A stretch of 59,726 nt of DNA from Octopus sinensis. Lineage: Eukaryota. The translations under genes were made by a program, and so were the position numbers. Position 1 is the stretch's first letter. Every line of letters begins with the position of its first letter. The notes under the pieces are model-generated. The model did not search any database and was not told where the DNA came from. It saw only the letters and a program-made list of their open reading frames with translations. The stretch lies in contig NW_021832567.1 in NCBI RefSeq assembly GCF_006345805.1, forward strand, positions 1 to 59,726. The letters run 5' to 3'. Below, piece by piece: positions 1 to 11,446 of the stretch.

Positions 1-287
1 CATTTGCTCCATTCCCTCATGCTCTCCTCTATGTGGGTCCAATCATCTTTCGTAGACCAAGCTGGATGAACTGGATTTCAGGGGCTTAGCGGTTGTCCTG
101 AAGAGCAACCGTATGAAAACCAAGTCCATACAGTCTGAGGGCACACTGATCAGTCGCCTAAAAGTCGGGAGCAATTAAACAACAAAAGTATTAAAAGTAA
201 TTATTAACAAGAAAGAATCTAAAAAAGTATCTGTTTGATTTGAAAATCTGCTGCTCAGCTCTGGCTCTCGTAAACTGAGAGACTCTC

Positions 288-710
288 TCTCAAGCCAGCG
301 CCGCCCCGACTGGCTTCTGTGCCGGTGGCACATAAATAGCACCATCCGAACGTGGCCGATGCCAGCGCCGCCCCGACTGGCTCCTGTGCCGGTGGCACAT
401 AAAAAGACCATCTGAACGTTGCCAGCGCCGCCTTGGCTGGCTTCCGTGCCGCTGGCACGTTAAAAGCTCCAACCGATCGTGACCAATGCCGGACCCCCCC
501 TGGCAGCTGTGCAGGTGGCACGTAAAAAGCACCCACTACACTCGCGGAGTGGTTGGCGTTAGGAAGGGCATCCAGCCGTAGAAACTCTGCCAGATCAGAC
601 TGGAGCCTGGAGCAGCCCCTGGCTTCCCAGACCCCGGTCGAACCGTCCAACCCATGCTAGCACGGAAAACGGACGTTAAACGATGATGATGATGATGATG
701 ATGATGATGA
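288..710 (+). mobile_element. 5'-truncated RTE LINE 3' UTR with (GAT)n tail
   Basis: Same sequence as the 3' UTR attached to the RT ORF at 36344-37250; ends GGACGTTAAAC(GAT)n. Confidence 0.85.
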
Positions 711-779
711 AGAGGGTAGAAAGAGAGTGAGAGAGAGAAGTAACTGGTCTACTATAATTAGCATTTTCTGCTTCAGTAT

Positions 780-1008
780 TTAACCCTTTCATTATCGTAT
801 TTATTTTGAGATGCTCTGTGTTTCTTTCAATTATTTTAGATGTAACAAAGAATTTAGTAAAATAACTTGGTTATCATTAAGCTAGTGTTAAGAACATAAA
901 TTGTGACTAAGGTTTGGTGGATGATTTTAATTCAAAATTAATGAAAACAAGACATTTGTACTACAAAGCCAGAGCCGGTTTCAGCCGGGTTTGTCATGAA
1001 AGGGTTAA
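780..1008. mobile_element. piggyBac-like MITE
   Basis: TTAA|CCCTTTC ... GAAAGGG|TTAA termini (TTAA at 780-783 and 1005-1008); internal sequence shared with 14880-15100, 17041-17269 and 17411-17626. Confidence 0.8.
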
Positions 1009-1046
1009 GCTTCCTTTTACTCGCCAGCTACCCTTGTCCTGCCGTT

Positions 1047-1310
1047 ACTCACAGTGATGAATATATAAAATTTGTAACTCTATACTTATTTAGATCTTGG
1101 TCAACTGGAATCTTCGAAAGCTCAGTTCATTGGTCACAGATAAATGCTACACATCATCAGTGACCAAACGCAGGTTTTCGACTGCTTCGTTGGTTACAAC
1201 AGTAACTATAACTGATCTCAACGTGAAGCGGAGGTCTGCTCCATGCGCATGCATATCTCCACTCCTGAAATAGTTAAGGCAGCTAAGTCTAACTCTCTCC
1301 CTTTATGTAT
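1047..1310 (-). promoter_or_regulatory. Inverted paralog of the ZNF promoter/exon-1 module inside the oxidase intron
   Basis: Minus strand reads ATAAAGGGAG..TAGCTGCCTTAACTATTTCAGGAGTGGAGATATGCATGCGCATGGA versus 7030-7100 ATAAAGGGAG..TAGCTGCCTCAAGCATTTCAGGAGAGGAGATACGCATGCGCATTGA; a GTGAGT donor follows at 1052-1047. Confidence 0.6.
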
Positions 1311-1444
1311 CCTTATATCGCTGTTGAGGTCTTTGTGCGCGTTACGAGCAGAAGGACAATTGGGTAATGACCTTGAAAGGGGAAGGGTGAAGTGTATTCA
1401 AAATAGACCTCTTTTAATAAAATTGTGAGTGACAACCATTTATC

Positions 1445-2000
1445 ACGGCACATAAAAGCACCATCCGCTCGTGTCCGTTGCCAGCCTTGCCTGGCCCCCG
1501 TGCCGGTGGCACGTAAAAACACCATCTGTTCATGTCCATTGCCAGCCTCGCCTAGACCCCGTGCCATTGGCATGTAAAAGCACCATCCACTCGTATCCGT
1601 TGCCAGCCTCGCCTGGCCCCCATGACGGTAGCACGTAAAAGCACCATCCGTTCATGTCCGTTGCCAGCCTCGCCTGGCCCCCGTGCCGGTAGCACGTAAA
1701 AGCACCATCCGTTCGTGTCCGTTGCCAGCCTCGCCTGGCCCCCGTGCCGGTGGCACATAAAAACACCATCTGTTCGTGGCCGTTTGCCAGCTCTGTCTGG
1801 CACCTGTGCAGGTGGCACGTAAAAAGCACCCACTACACTCACGGAGTGGTTGGCGTTAGGAAGGGCATCCAGCCGTAGAAACACTGCCAAATCTGACTGG
1901 GCCTGATGAAGCCTTCCGGCTTCACAGACCCCAGTTGAACCGTCCAACCCATGCTAGCATGGAAAACGGACGCTAAACGATGATGATGATGATGATGATG
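1445..2000 (+). mobile_element. RTE LINE 3' UTR with about six tandem 55-60 bp subrepeats and (GAT)n tail
   Basis: Repeated CACGTAAAAGCACCATCCG...GCCAGCCTCGCCTGGCCCCC units followed by the conserved RTE terminus. Confidence 0.85.
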
Positions 2001-2215
2001 CAAAACTACAAGTTTGTCTGAGAGGATGCAGTCAGCTGAATCGACCGGCATCACATAAATGGACAAAGTTAGGTATCGTCAGGTGTTTAGTTTTACTTGA
2101 CATCACTGTCTTTGTCTTTGAAATATTTCCTCCTCTTCTATATTCTCTCACTACATCTGGTTTTTGTAGAACCACCCCTCCAGAAATATGGGTCAGAGAG
2201 AACAAGTATTTTTAC

Positions 2216-2324
2216 CTGTCTGCTATTGAGATGATAACCGGAGACAAGTTGGATGCCAAGCTCGGAGGCCATTGGCGATTCGTGAAGGTTGAGCAGATAC
2301 TGGAATGTTTCATCGCCCCACCGT
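2216..2324 (-). CDS. DDO: D-aspartate/D-amino-acid oxidase, coding exon 2
   Basis: TTTTATCAG acceptor and CAG|GTAAAA donor; 109 nt completing the split Lys codon and reading RWGDETFQYLLNLHESPMASELGIQLVSGYHLNSRQ, which resembles the second coding exon of vertebrate DAO/DDO. Not in the ORF track in this frame. Confidence 0.88.
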
Positions 2325-2734
2325 CTGATAAAAGAAAGAAAATTTCAACTAGATTCGAAACATTATGATTATACACACACACACACACACTCATACATGT
2401 ACAATACATACACACACACAAGATTAAAGGAATGGAGTAGATAATATCCGGACTATATATCTTTCATAGTGAGCAGAACATCGGAAGTGGTAGATATCCA
2501 AGCAAGGTGTATATAATGCAGGCTACACTTTAGGCCAAGGGTATTTTTTTATTAAGTTTACATTGTCGTAAGGAGGTACACATCAACACAAGGACAATTT
2601 GATCAGAATGGGTAGAGAACACGGTTAGAGCGGAGAATCCTTAGTTCTTATATATAATTATTTTTGAGTAGTTTTGGCAGGCTGGAACGGATTAATTATA
2701 CAGTTCTATATTTAAGAGATGAGGAATTACACTT

Positions 2735-3260
2735 TTACTCTTTTACTTGTTTCAGTCATTTGACTGTGGCCATGCTGGAGCACTGCCTTTAATCGAGCAA
2801 ATCGATCCCTGGACTTATTCTTTTTAAGCCTAGTATTTGTTCTATCGGTCTCTTTTGCCGAACCGCTAAGTTACGAGGATGTAAACACACCAGCATCGGT
2901 TGTCAAGCGATGTTGGGGTGACAAACACAGACACACACACACATATATGTACATATATACGACATAAATATATATATATGTATTTTTCTTTTTTTTCTCT
3001 TTTACTTGTTTCAGTCATTTGACTGCGGCCATGCTGGAGCACTGCCTTTAATCGAGCAAATCGACCCCAGGACTTATTCTTTTTAAACCTAGTATTTGTT
3101 CTATCGGTCTCTTTTGCCGAACCGCTAAGTTACGAGGATGTAATCACACCAGCATCGGTTGTCAAGCGATGTTGGGGTGACAAACACAGACACACACACA
3201 CATATATATATATATACATATATACGACAGGCTTCTTTCAGTTCCGTCTACCAAATCCAT
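2735..3260 (-). mobile_element. tRNA/CORE-like SINE, two tandem 3' halves plus partial core
   Basis: Two copies of TTTTACTTGTTTCAGTCATTTGACTG...GACAAACACAGAC matching the full element at 18540-18940. Confidence 0.85.
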
Positions 3261-3403
3261 TTACCGACCTTGTGTTTCTGACTCCTTAGCCTTCCTCAGT
3301 AAGGGATACCAAAGAGAGACAACTCTGAGCAGAATAGAAAGCCGTAGATTTATAGGTAGACGGACAAGCAAAAAGAAAAAATAGACAAATCGTTTCAACT
3401 CAC

Positions 3404-3594
3404 TTGATTAAGGATATATTTGTGGAGCCCATTTTATGGGGGATCCAGAAGCCAGCAGCCACGTCAGATGTGTTGTTCGGAGAAAACTTTTCGGCAATAA
3501 CTGTAACATCAACATTTTGTAAGTCTTCAAGTATTCGAACGGCTGAGTAGAGACCAATAATTCCAGCTCCTAGCACGCAAATTTTTCGGACCAT
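3404..3594 (-). CDS. DDO: D-aspartate/D-amino-acid oxidase, coding exon 1 (FAD-binding N-terminus)
   Basis: [18 protein letters not shown] (GxGxxG) and [12 protein letters not shown]; AA|GTGAGT phase-2 donor at 3403. TSDVAAG..IPH looks more DDO-like than DAO-like, but two exons cannot settle DDO versus DAO. The gene continues off the left edge. Confidence 0.9.
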
Positions 3595-3924
3595 AATGAA
3601 AATCTGTTAAAAATCTCCGGCTAAAACATAATATAATTTGTCATTCAATACAAATACAAAAAAGAAAAAACCTCCTCACAAAAAAAACAAAACAAAGCAA
3701 AAGTCTGGTTGATAAATTCAGTTACATTTCAAACGACTTCCACCAATTATTAAGTTGTATAATTCTACTTGCAATCTCCTCAGTTTTTCTCTCTCTAAAA
3801 GCTTCAATTCCAATTTGCAGGAACACACACTAGTGAATTCCGTGCTGGATTTAGGAGAAATGAGGCCCTATGCTGGTCATCAGACCCCGTTACTTGGACA
3901 GTCAGGCATGCATACTTTTTTTTT

Positions 3925-4710
3925 TTACTTTTTTACTTGTTTCAGTCATTTGACTGCGGCCATGCTGGAGCACTGCCTTCTAGTCGATCAAATCGACCCC
4001 GGGACTTATCCTTTGTAAGCCCAGTACTTATTCTATCGGTCTCTTTTGCCGAACCGCTAAGTGACGGGGACGTAAACACACCAGCATCGGTTGTCAAGCA
4101 ATGCGAGGGGGACAAACACAGACACACAAACACACACATACATATATATGTACATATATACGACAGGCTTTTTCAGTTTCCGTCTACCAAATCCACTCAC
4201 AAGGCATTGGTCGGCCGGGGCTATAGCAGAAGACACTTGCCCAAGATGCCACGCAGTGGGACTGAACCCGGAACCATGTGGTTGGTTAGCAAGCTACTTA
4301 CCACACAGCCACTCCTGCACCTATACACATACATATATATATATACATATATACGACAGGCTTCTTTCAGTTTCCGTCTACCAAATCCACTCACAAGGCA
4401 TTGGTCGGCCTGGGGCTATAGCAGAAGACACTTGCCCAAGATGCCACGCAGTGGGACTGAACCCGGAACCATGTGGTTGGTTAGCAAGCTACTTACCACA
4501 CAGCCACTCCTGCACCTATACACATACATATATATATATACATATATACGACAGGCTTCTTTCAGTTTCCGTCTACCAAATCCACTCACAAGGCATTGGT
4601 CGGCCCGGGGCTATAGCAGAAGACACTTGCCCAAGATGCCATGCAGTGGGACTGAACCCAGAATCATGTGGTTGGTTAGCAAGCTACTTACCACACAGCC
4701 ACTCCTGCGC
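3925..4710 (-). mobile_element. tRNA/CORE-like SINE with head+core triplicated (183 bp period)
   Basis: Three tandem GCAGGAGTGGCTGTGTGG...GGCAAGTGTCTT...AAGCCTGTCG units and one tail. Confidence 0.85.
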
Positions 4711-4848
4711 CTGCATGCCCAGGAATGTTTTCAATCTAGAAAATTATCTCACTTCAGAACGGTTAGTGACCACCAAACACAGGAACAATCTGAAATTGTT
4801 TCCACATTTGAGAAAGCAGCCTGAATTTTCTCCTGTTTTATTATATTG

Positions 4849-5363
4849 TACTAGCAGTATCGCCCGGCGTTGCTCGGGTTTGTAAGGGAAATAACTATAT
4901 AAGCATTTTTAGAGAGTTACTTCCCTTATAGATGCCAATTCAGGCTTTCTTAGCCATTTCTGTTTTGGTGTCTTCAAGCCATGAAGTCGTTGTTCTAAAA
5001 GAACGCTGGTCTCCTTGACAACGCTTTACGACGTTGATTTCCTTAAACTCCCTTCCCCACAGCTTCACGAGGGAGGGAAGAAGGGGGAGAAGCAAACAGG
5101 TGCAGGTGTGACCATGGACGCCAACTCCGCCGCCATCAACACACGAAAAATTATGCATTAAAATGGAATAAAAAATGATGTTAAATATTTTTTAAATCGT
5201 AGACTCATCGTAGACGCGCGCTAATAGCCAGACGGGCTCGAAATGAATCACGACTATAAGATACCCGAATTTGGTTAAACTGCACCGCAAAATGTGGGAG
5301 GAGTTAGGAATCTAAATCGAAGGGGACAGACACTCACACAACTACAGTTTTATATATATAGAT
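4849..5363 (+). mobile_element. Non-autonomous Helitron/Helentron-like element
   Basis: Starts TACTAGC..CCCGGCGTTGCTCGGG and ends GACAGAC..TTTTATATATATAGAT, termini typical of DINE-1-like rolling-circle elements. Confidence 0.6.
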
Positions 5364-5602
5364 ATGCCTTGGGTGGCTGAAACTTTCTTGAATGCATGCA
5401 TGGGTAGGACGGTGGACAGCCAGGTAGAAAATCTACCTTAGGCTACTCTGTGTGTCTCTCTCTTTCTCTCTAACTCCCTCCAGACCCCCTCCTCCTCCCC
5501 GTCCTTCAGGAGTATCCAAGTATCTCATTTATAGTAAGACAACTACAATTTCAAAGTAAGGTGATTAAAATAAAAATAAGCAACAAGGATATAGAGAGGT
5601 AA

Positions 5603-5689
5603 TGCAGTACGATCGTTTCATGCAACTCCATTTAATTGAACAATGCAATCATTACATCAATTTAAAATGCAGAGCAATCTTCAGCTGCA
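5603..5689 (-). ncRNA. Type I hammerhead ribozyme motif with extended stem II (Penelope-associated type)
   Basis: Minus strand: UGCAG-CUGAAGA-[long imperfect hairpin UUGC...GCAU]-GAAA-C-GAUC-G-UA-CUGCA; perfect 5 bp stem I and palindromic stem III ACGAUCGU. Confidence 0.75.
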
Positions 5690-5905
5690 CAAAGACATAG
5701 AATTCAATTAGATTAGAACAGATGGACATATTATACATAAAATCTCCAAGAAGTTAAGGAGATAGACAAAGAACATGCTATGCCCACTCCAGTTTCGAAG
5801 TTACTGGATTTTTCAAGATATGTATGTGTGTGTGTATGTATGTATGTATGTATGTATGTATGTATGTATGTGTGTGTGTATGTATGTATGTATGTTATGT
5901 ATGTA

Positions 5906-5948
<43 letters not shown>

Positions 5949-5984
5949 GCATGTATGTATGTATGTGTTTGTATATATATAAGC

Positions 5985-6140
5985 ACAAGCCCATAGTATC
6001 CATATTCGACTTTGCCTTTCATCCTTTTGGGGTCGATAAATTAAGTACCAGTTACGCACTGGGGTCGATGTAATCGACTTAATCCGTTTGTCTGTCCTTG
6101 TTTGTCCCCTCTGTGTTTAGCCCCTTGTGGATAATAAAGA
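5985..6140 (+). mobile_element. tRNA-SINE family 2, 3' part (second copy at ~8265-8420)
   Basis: CGACTTTGCCTTTCATCCTTTTGGGGTCGATAAATTAAGTACCAG core and ...GTGG..AATAAAGAAA tail, matching 23199-23454. Confidence 0.8.
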
Positions 6141-6731
6141 AACAGATATAGGTTATAAATACCCGTCTAAAATACATAAAAAAGCATATACACACCGTCA
6201 GCGAAGGAGACTATATACACACACGTATAGATATCTATTCAACGCTACACCGTTCCTGTCTTGTTCTCGGTAAATTTTGCAAGGGAAAAGAGAAAGCAAG
6301 TCCGAGGTGAGAAGATAAAGAGGCAAGTGGTTAAATATAGAGAAAAAAAAAATACTGACGGAGAAGTGAGGCCAAGTAGAAAAACTAGAGAAAAAGATTA
6401 AATATCTTATCAGTACAAAACAACTAAAAACGATTACAGCCTCACTCACATTAGGACCTGCACATTTTCTTTGTTGGAGACGGAGCAGCAGCAGATTTAC
6501 GAAGGTTAGAGAAAATGTGTGTTAGAAATTATGTAGCAACACGCTTAGGCAAATAATCTATCTATTCTACATGTTTCCCCCTTTTTCATTTATTTTGTTT
6601 TTTCCATCAAATCGAGGTCAGAAAACAGGCTTCAACTAAATCAAGGTCAAATTGTATGTCTCTCCAGATAAACTTAGCAGCTGTGTTTGTTCTCATATTT
6701 TATTTACTTCCTCACACACACACATACACAA

Positions 6732-6764
<33 letters not shown>

Positions 6765-6848
6765 CACGCGTGTGTGCGAAACTGTTTTGATTGCACACAC
6801 AAACACACACATAGATACACAAACACACACAACACACACACACACACA

Positions 6849-6894
<46 letters not shown>

Positions 6895-7029
6895 CACACA
6901 CACACACACACGCGCGTGTGTGAAACTGTTTTGATTGGCTGTATGCAAATGAGTTCATTACTGGGGTCCGGAACTCTCGTGAGAAAAAAAAAATACTTCG
7001 CGTACGGGACTCACGCACAAGAGCAATAT

Positions 7030-7260
7030 ATTTATAAAGGGAGGTAACTAGGCATAGCTGCCTCAAGCATTTCAGGAGAGGAGATACGCATGCGCATTGA
7101 ACGTACTTCCTACTTGATGCTGGTTTGCAATTAAATGTCTATTTCATGAATTTCTCTTAATCAGCTGATAAGACGTTTATAATAGTTATAAAAGTATTCC
7201 TCAACTACCAGACACACACCCATATAACAACACTATCCTTTACGAAACAGTTCCGTAAGT
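7030..7260 (+). promoter_or_regulatory. ZNF promoter/non-coding exon 1 module, copy 1A
   Basis: TATAAAGGG, CGCATGCGCA (7087-7096, NRF1/EWG-like), ACTTCC (ETS-like), and donor CC|GTAAGT at 7255; the module precedes every ZNF gene. Confidence 0.7.
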
Positions 7261-7300
7261 ATTAATTAATGGAAATATTCAGTCTCTTAATTCTATAGAT

Positions 7301-7479
7301 CAGTGTTTTTCAAACGTTTTGCTGGAGCGGAACCCCAAAGAAACATTCCACTGGCTCGAGGAACCCCTGTGCAATAATTTAATAGTTTTATGCACACATA
7401 TATGCACAGGAGAAATATAAATTACTGCCGATTTTAGCAGTTTTGTAAGTTCTTGCGGAACCCTGGTTGAAAACCACTG
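7301..7479. mobile_element. hAT MITE (duplicate at 9438-9616)
   Basis: TIRs CAGTGTTTTTCAA/TTGAAAACCACTG; 8 bp TSD CTATAGAT/CTATAGAC; empty site TTCTGTAGAC in paralogous introns (near 30965, 38155, 46400). Confidence 0.85.
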
Positions 7480-7936
7480 CTATAGACGTTCGATTCCTGA
7501 CGCGCCCATTCTTTGTCTTCCTTCTGTCTTTCATGAACGAGAGACATCCTTGATTTGTGCTAAATTTGGCGATCTTTCGTCTCTAGTAGACCTTTCCGTC
7601 GATTTCCGTAAAAAATTTTTTTTTTTTACATATGGGCTTGCGGGAACTTTTGAAGTAATGAGAGCGAAAGAGACTAAGAGAAAGCGATTGTATGACGAGG
7701 GAAGTTCTTTTGAAGTTATCGTGCATGGGACGCATTGATGTACATGCGTGTGTGTGTGTGTGTGTGTGTTTGATGGGGTGTGGGGGACAGACAGTATGTT
7801 GTGTAAGTGAAGTGCTTCTGTTAGTGTGTGTGAAGAGACAGAGTAATGTGTGAAAGAAAGAGATAACTGAAATTTTTTACTCGGTGTATGTGTATATGTA
7901 TGTATATTACTTCAAAACAAGGATATAGAGAGGTAA

Positions 7937-8023
7937 TGCAGTACGATCGTTTCATGCAACTCCATTTAATTGAACAATGCAATCATTACATCAATTTAAA
8001 ATGCAGAGCAGTCTTCAGCTGCA
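7937..8023 (-). ncRNA. Hammerhead ribozyme motif, duplicate copy
   Basis: Same as 5603-5689 except C instead of U at the first stem II position. Confidence 0.75.
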
Positions 8024-9169
8024 CAAAGACATAGAATTCAATTAGATTAGAACAGATGGACATATTATACATAAAATCTCCAAGAAGTTAAGGAGATAGA
8101 CAAAGAACATGCTATGCCAACTCCAGTTTCGAAGTTACTGGATTTTTCCAGAAGATATGTATGTATGTATGTATGTATGTGTGTGTGTATGTATGTGTAT
8201 GTATGTATGTGTATGTATGTATGTATGTGTATGTATGTATGTATGTGTTTGTATATATATAAGCACAAGCCCATAGTATCCATATTCGACTTTGCCTTTC
8301 ATCCTTTTGGGGTCGATAAATTAAGTACCAGTTACGCACTGGGGTCGATGTAATCGACTTAATCCGTTTGTCTGTCCTTGTTTGTCCCCTCTGTGTTTAG
8401 CCCCTTGTGGATAATAAAGAAACAGATATAGGTTATAAATACCCGTCTAAAATACATAAAAAAGCATATACACACCGTCAGCGAAGGAGACTATATACAC
8501 ACACGTATAGATATCTATTTAACGCTACACCGTTCCTGTCTTGTTCTCGGTAAATTTTGCAAGGGAAAAGAGAAAGCAAGTCCGAGGTGAGAAGATAAAG
8601 AGGCAAGTGGTTAAATATAGAGAAAAAAAAATACTGACGGAGAAGTGAGGCCAAGTAGAAAAACTAGAGAAAAAGATTAAATATCTTATCAGTACAAAAC
8701 AACTAAAAACGATTACAGCCTCACTCACATTAGGACCTGCACATTTTCTTTGTTGGAGACGGAGCAGCAGCAGATTTACGAAGGTTAGAGAAAATGTGTG
8801 TTAGAAATTATGTAGCAACACGCTTAGGCAAATAATCTATATATTCTACATGTTTCCCCCTTTTTCATTTATTTTGTTTTTCCATCAAATCGAGGCCAGA
8901 AAACAGGCTTCAACTAAATCAAGGTCAAATTGTATGTCTCTCCAGATAAACTTAGCAGCTGTGTTTGTTCTCATATTTTATTTACTTCGTCGGTAGTGGG
9001 ACAGGTTTAATAACATTTTCACACACAAACACACACACACACACACACGCGCGTGTGTGAAACTGTTTTGATTGGCTGTATGCAAATGAGTTCATTACTG
9101 GGGGTCCGGAACTCTCGTGAGAAAAAAAAATACTTCGCGTACGGGACTCACGCACAAGAGCAATATATT

Positions 9170-9397
9170 TATAAAGGGAGGTAACTAGGCATAGCTGCCT
9201 CAAGCATTTCAGGAGAGAAGATACGCATGCGCATTGAACGTACTTCCTACTTGATGCTGGTTTGCAATTAAATGTCTATTTCATGAATTTCTCTTAATCA
9301 GCTGATAAGACGTTTATAATAGTTATAAAAGTATTCCTCAACTACCAGACACACACCCATATAACAACACTATCCTTTACGAAACAGTTCCGTAAGT
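9170..9397 (+). promoter_or_regulatory. ZNF promoter/non-coding exon 1 module, copy 1B
   Basis: CGCATGCGCA at 9224-9233; donor GTAAGT at 9392. Confidence 0.7.
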
Positions 9398-9704
9398 ATT
9401 AATTAATGGAAATATTCAGTCTCTTAATTCTATAGATCAGTGCTTTTCAAACGTTTTGCTGGAGCGGAACCCCAAGGAAACATTCCACTGGCTCGAGGAA
9501 CCCCTGTGCAATAATTTAATAGTTTTATGCACACATATCTGCACAGGAGAAATATAAATTACTGCCGATTTTAGCAGTTTTGTAAGTTCTTGCGGAACCC
9601 TGGTTGAAAACCACTGCTATAGACGTTCGATTCCTGACGCGCCCATTCTTTGTCTTCCTTCTGTCTTTCATGAACGAGAGACATCCTTGATTTGTGCTAA
9701 ATTT

Positions 9705-10128
9705 GGCGATCTTTCGTCTCTAGTAGACCTTTCCGTCGATTTCCGTAAAAAATTTTTTTTTTTACATATGGGCTTGCGGGAACTTTTGAAGTAATGAGAG
9801 CGAAAGAGACTAAGAGAAAGCGATTGTATGACGAGGGAAGTTCTTTTGAAGTTATCGTGCATGTGAAGCATTGATGTACATGTGTGTGTGTGTGTTTGAT
9901 GGGGTGTGGGAGACAGACAGTATGTTGTGTAAGTGAAGTGCTTCTGTTAGTGTGTGTGAAGAGACAGAGAGAGTAATGTGTGAAAGAAAGAGATAACTGA
10001 AATTTTTTACTCGGTGTATGTGTATATGTATGTATATTACTTCAAAAGTTCCCGCAAGCCCATATGTAAAAAAATAAAAGTTTTTTACGGAAATCGACGG
10101 AAAGGTCTACTAGAGACGAAAGATCGCC
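9705..10128. mobile_element. Long-TIR MITE, Merlin- or Mutator-like (truncated copy at 7568-7915)
   Basis: ~95 bp TIRs starting GGCGATCTTTCGTCTCTAGTAGACC; exact 8 bp TSD CTAAATTT (9697-9704 and 10129-10136). Confidence 0.8.
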
Positions 10129-10589
10129 CTAAATTTCGCTGTTTCTAATAAACAGTGAAAATATTCGTTGTTTTTAATTTCTGTAGACTTCTGGATTTTG
10201 GCGCGTCGCTTCTTTGTACGATTTCTATGTTTTAATAAACGAGGGGTGTCCTTGATTTGTGCGGGATTTAGCTGCTAGTTCTAGCTATGGATGAGAGATG
10301 TCCATGATTTTCTCAGGATTGGGTTGCTATTTGTAGCGATGGAAGAGAGATGCTATGTGTTGTGCGAGATTTGGATGCTATTTCTAGCTATGGAAGGTAC
10401 CAGGTTAGGTTTTTTTTTTTTTCCTCTTTCAGTTCGCAAAATATTCTCTAATGCACTCCAACTACCGAAATGTTGAGGAACCGATGCTTTTTGGCATAAA
10501 AGACGGCAATATGACGTAATGGTCGTTTGCACGAACAAGCATAATTGTTGGTAATCCCATTCGTTAAAATCACTGCCCATATACGAATT

Positions 10590-10790
10590 ACTCTTACTCT
10601 TTTACTTGTTTCAGTCATTTGACTGCGGCCATGCTGGAGCACCGCCTTTAATCGAGCAACTCGACCGCGGGACTTATTCTTTTGTAAGCCCAGTACTTAT
10701 TCTATCGGTCTCTTATGCCGAACCGCTAAGTGACGGTGACATAAACACACCAGCATCGGTTGTCAAGCAATACTAGGGGGACAAACACAG

Positions 10791-10832
<42 letters not shown>

Positions 10833-10948
10833 ACATATATACGACAGGCTTCTTTCAGTTTCCATCTACCAAATCCACTCACAAGGCTTTGGTCGGCTCG
10901 GGGCTATAGCAGAAGACACCTGCCCAAGATGCCATGCAGTGGGACTGA
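10590..10948 (-). mobile_element. tRNA/CORE-like SINE, head truncated
   Basis: Reverse-complement match to 18540-18940. Confidence 0.85.
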
Positions 10949-11446
10949 ATTCTAAACTTTCGTCAAAGAAATGTTTCGCAAAATACGGTTCTTAGAATTC
11001 GGATATGAGCAGTTATAAAAACCCTGTTCATTCTTTCGATATAGCTCGACAAAATCAAAATATTTCACTTCGAATATTTCCGTGGGAGCAAATGACAGTT
11101 CGATTCTGTTTTCTGCTTGGAAATTTGCTTCTCTTACCTTAATTAGTCCTTTTGTTATTTTTACAGGTTAGCACTTCTTTACAGAGCTGCCAGCATCTCG
11201 CTCAGTTCTTAGGTCAAATGTTTAATTCTGCAGTTCATCTCAATAGAAATAAATCTGTATTTTTTAAGTAACCTCTACATCTTACACCAATTATTTTATC
11301 TTGTATATTGAATAATCTGATGTTATTTGGAACTAAAGTTGGGAAATTTGGGTAATTTTAGCCAATCAACAGTGTGGCATTAGCAGCTAGTTACCATGAC
11401 ACCAGGATGCTGTGTTGTGGTTCACTTCACTCGTTTATTAGCCCTT

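Larger units (their letters stand above)
5580..10045 (+). repeat. Recent ~2.3 kb direct tandem duplication (5580-7915 / 7916-10045)
   Basis: Near-identical blocks offset by 2334 at the start; they differ mainly in microsatellite length and one deletion near 8990. Confidence 0.95.

Noticed and set aside
1050-1215. C/D-box snoRNA (TGATGA and CTGA strings with a TTGGTCA/TGACCAA hairpin)
   Set aside because: Box spacing and terminal stem do not fit on the host strand; not a hammerhead either, since there is no GAAA/UH arrangement.
1903-1926. CTGATGA followed by an AGCC/GGCT hairpin, resembling a hammerhead
   Set aside because: Followed by TCAC rather than GAAA, with no stem III or stem I; just a hairpin in the RTE UTR.
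1-2215. Third coding exon of the oxidase
   Set aside because: No acceptor-bounded segment resembling DP.W..V.GFR was found; it presumably lies left of the window.
3937-4824. 295-aa and 264-aa plus-strand ORFs with internal repeats
   Set aside because: Antisense to a triplicated SINE head; the repeat period explains the protein repeats.
5731-7066. VC/HT/MY-rich ORFs
   Set aside because: (CA)n and (TATG)n microsatellite read-through.
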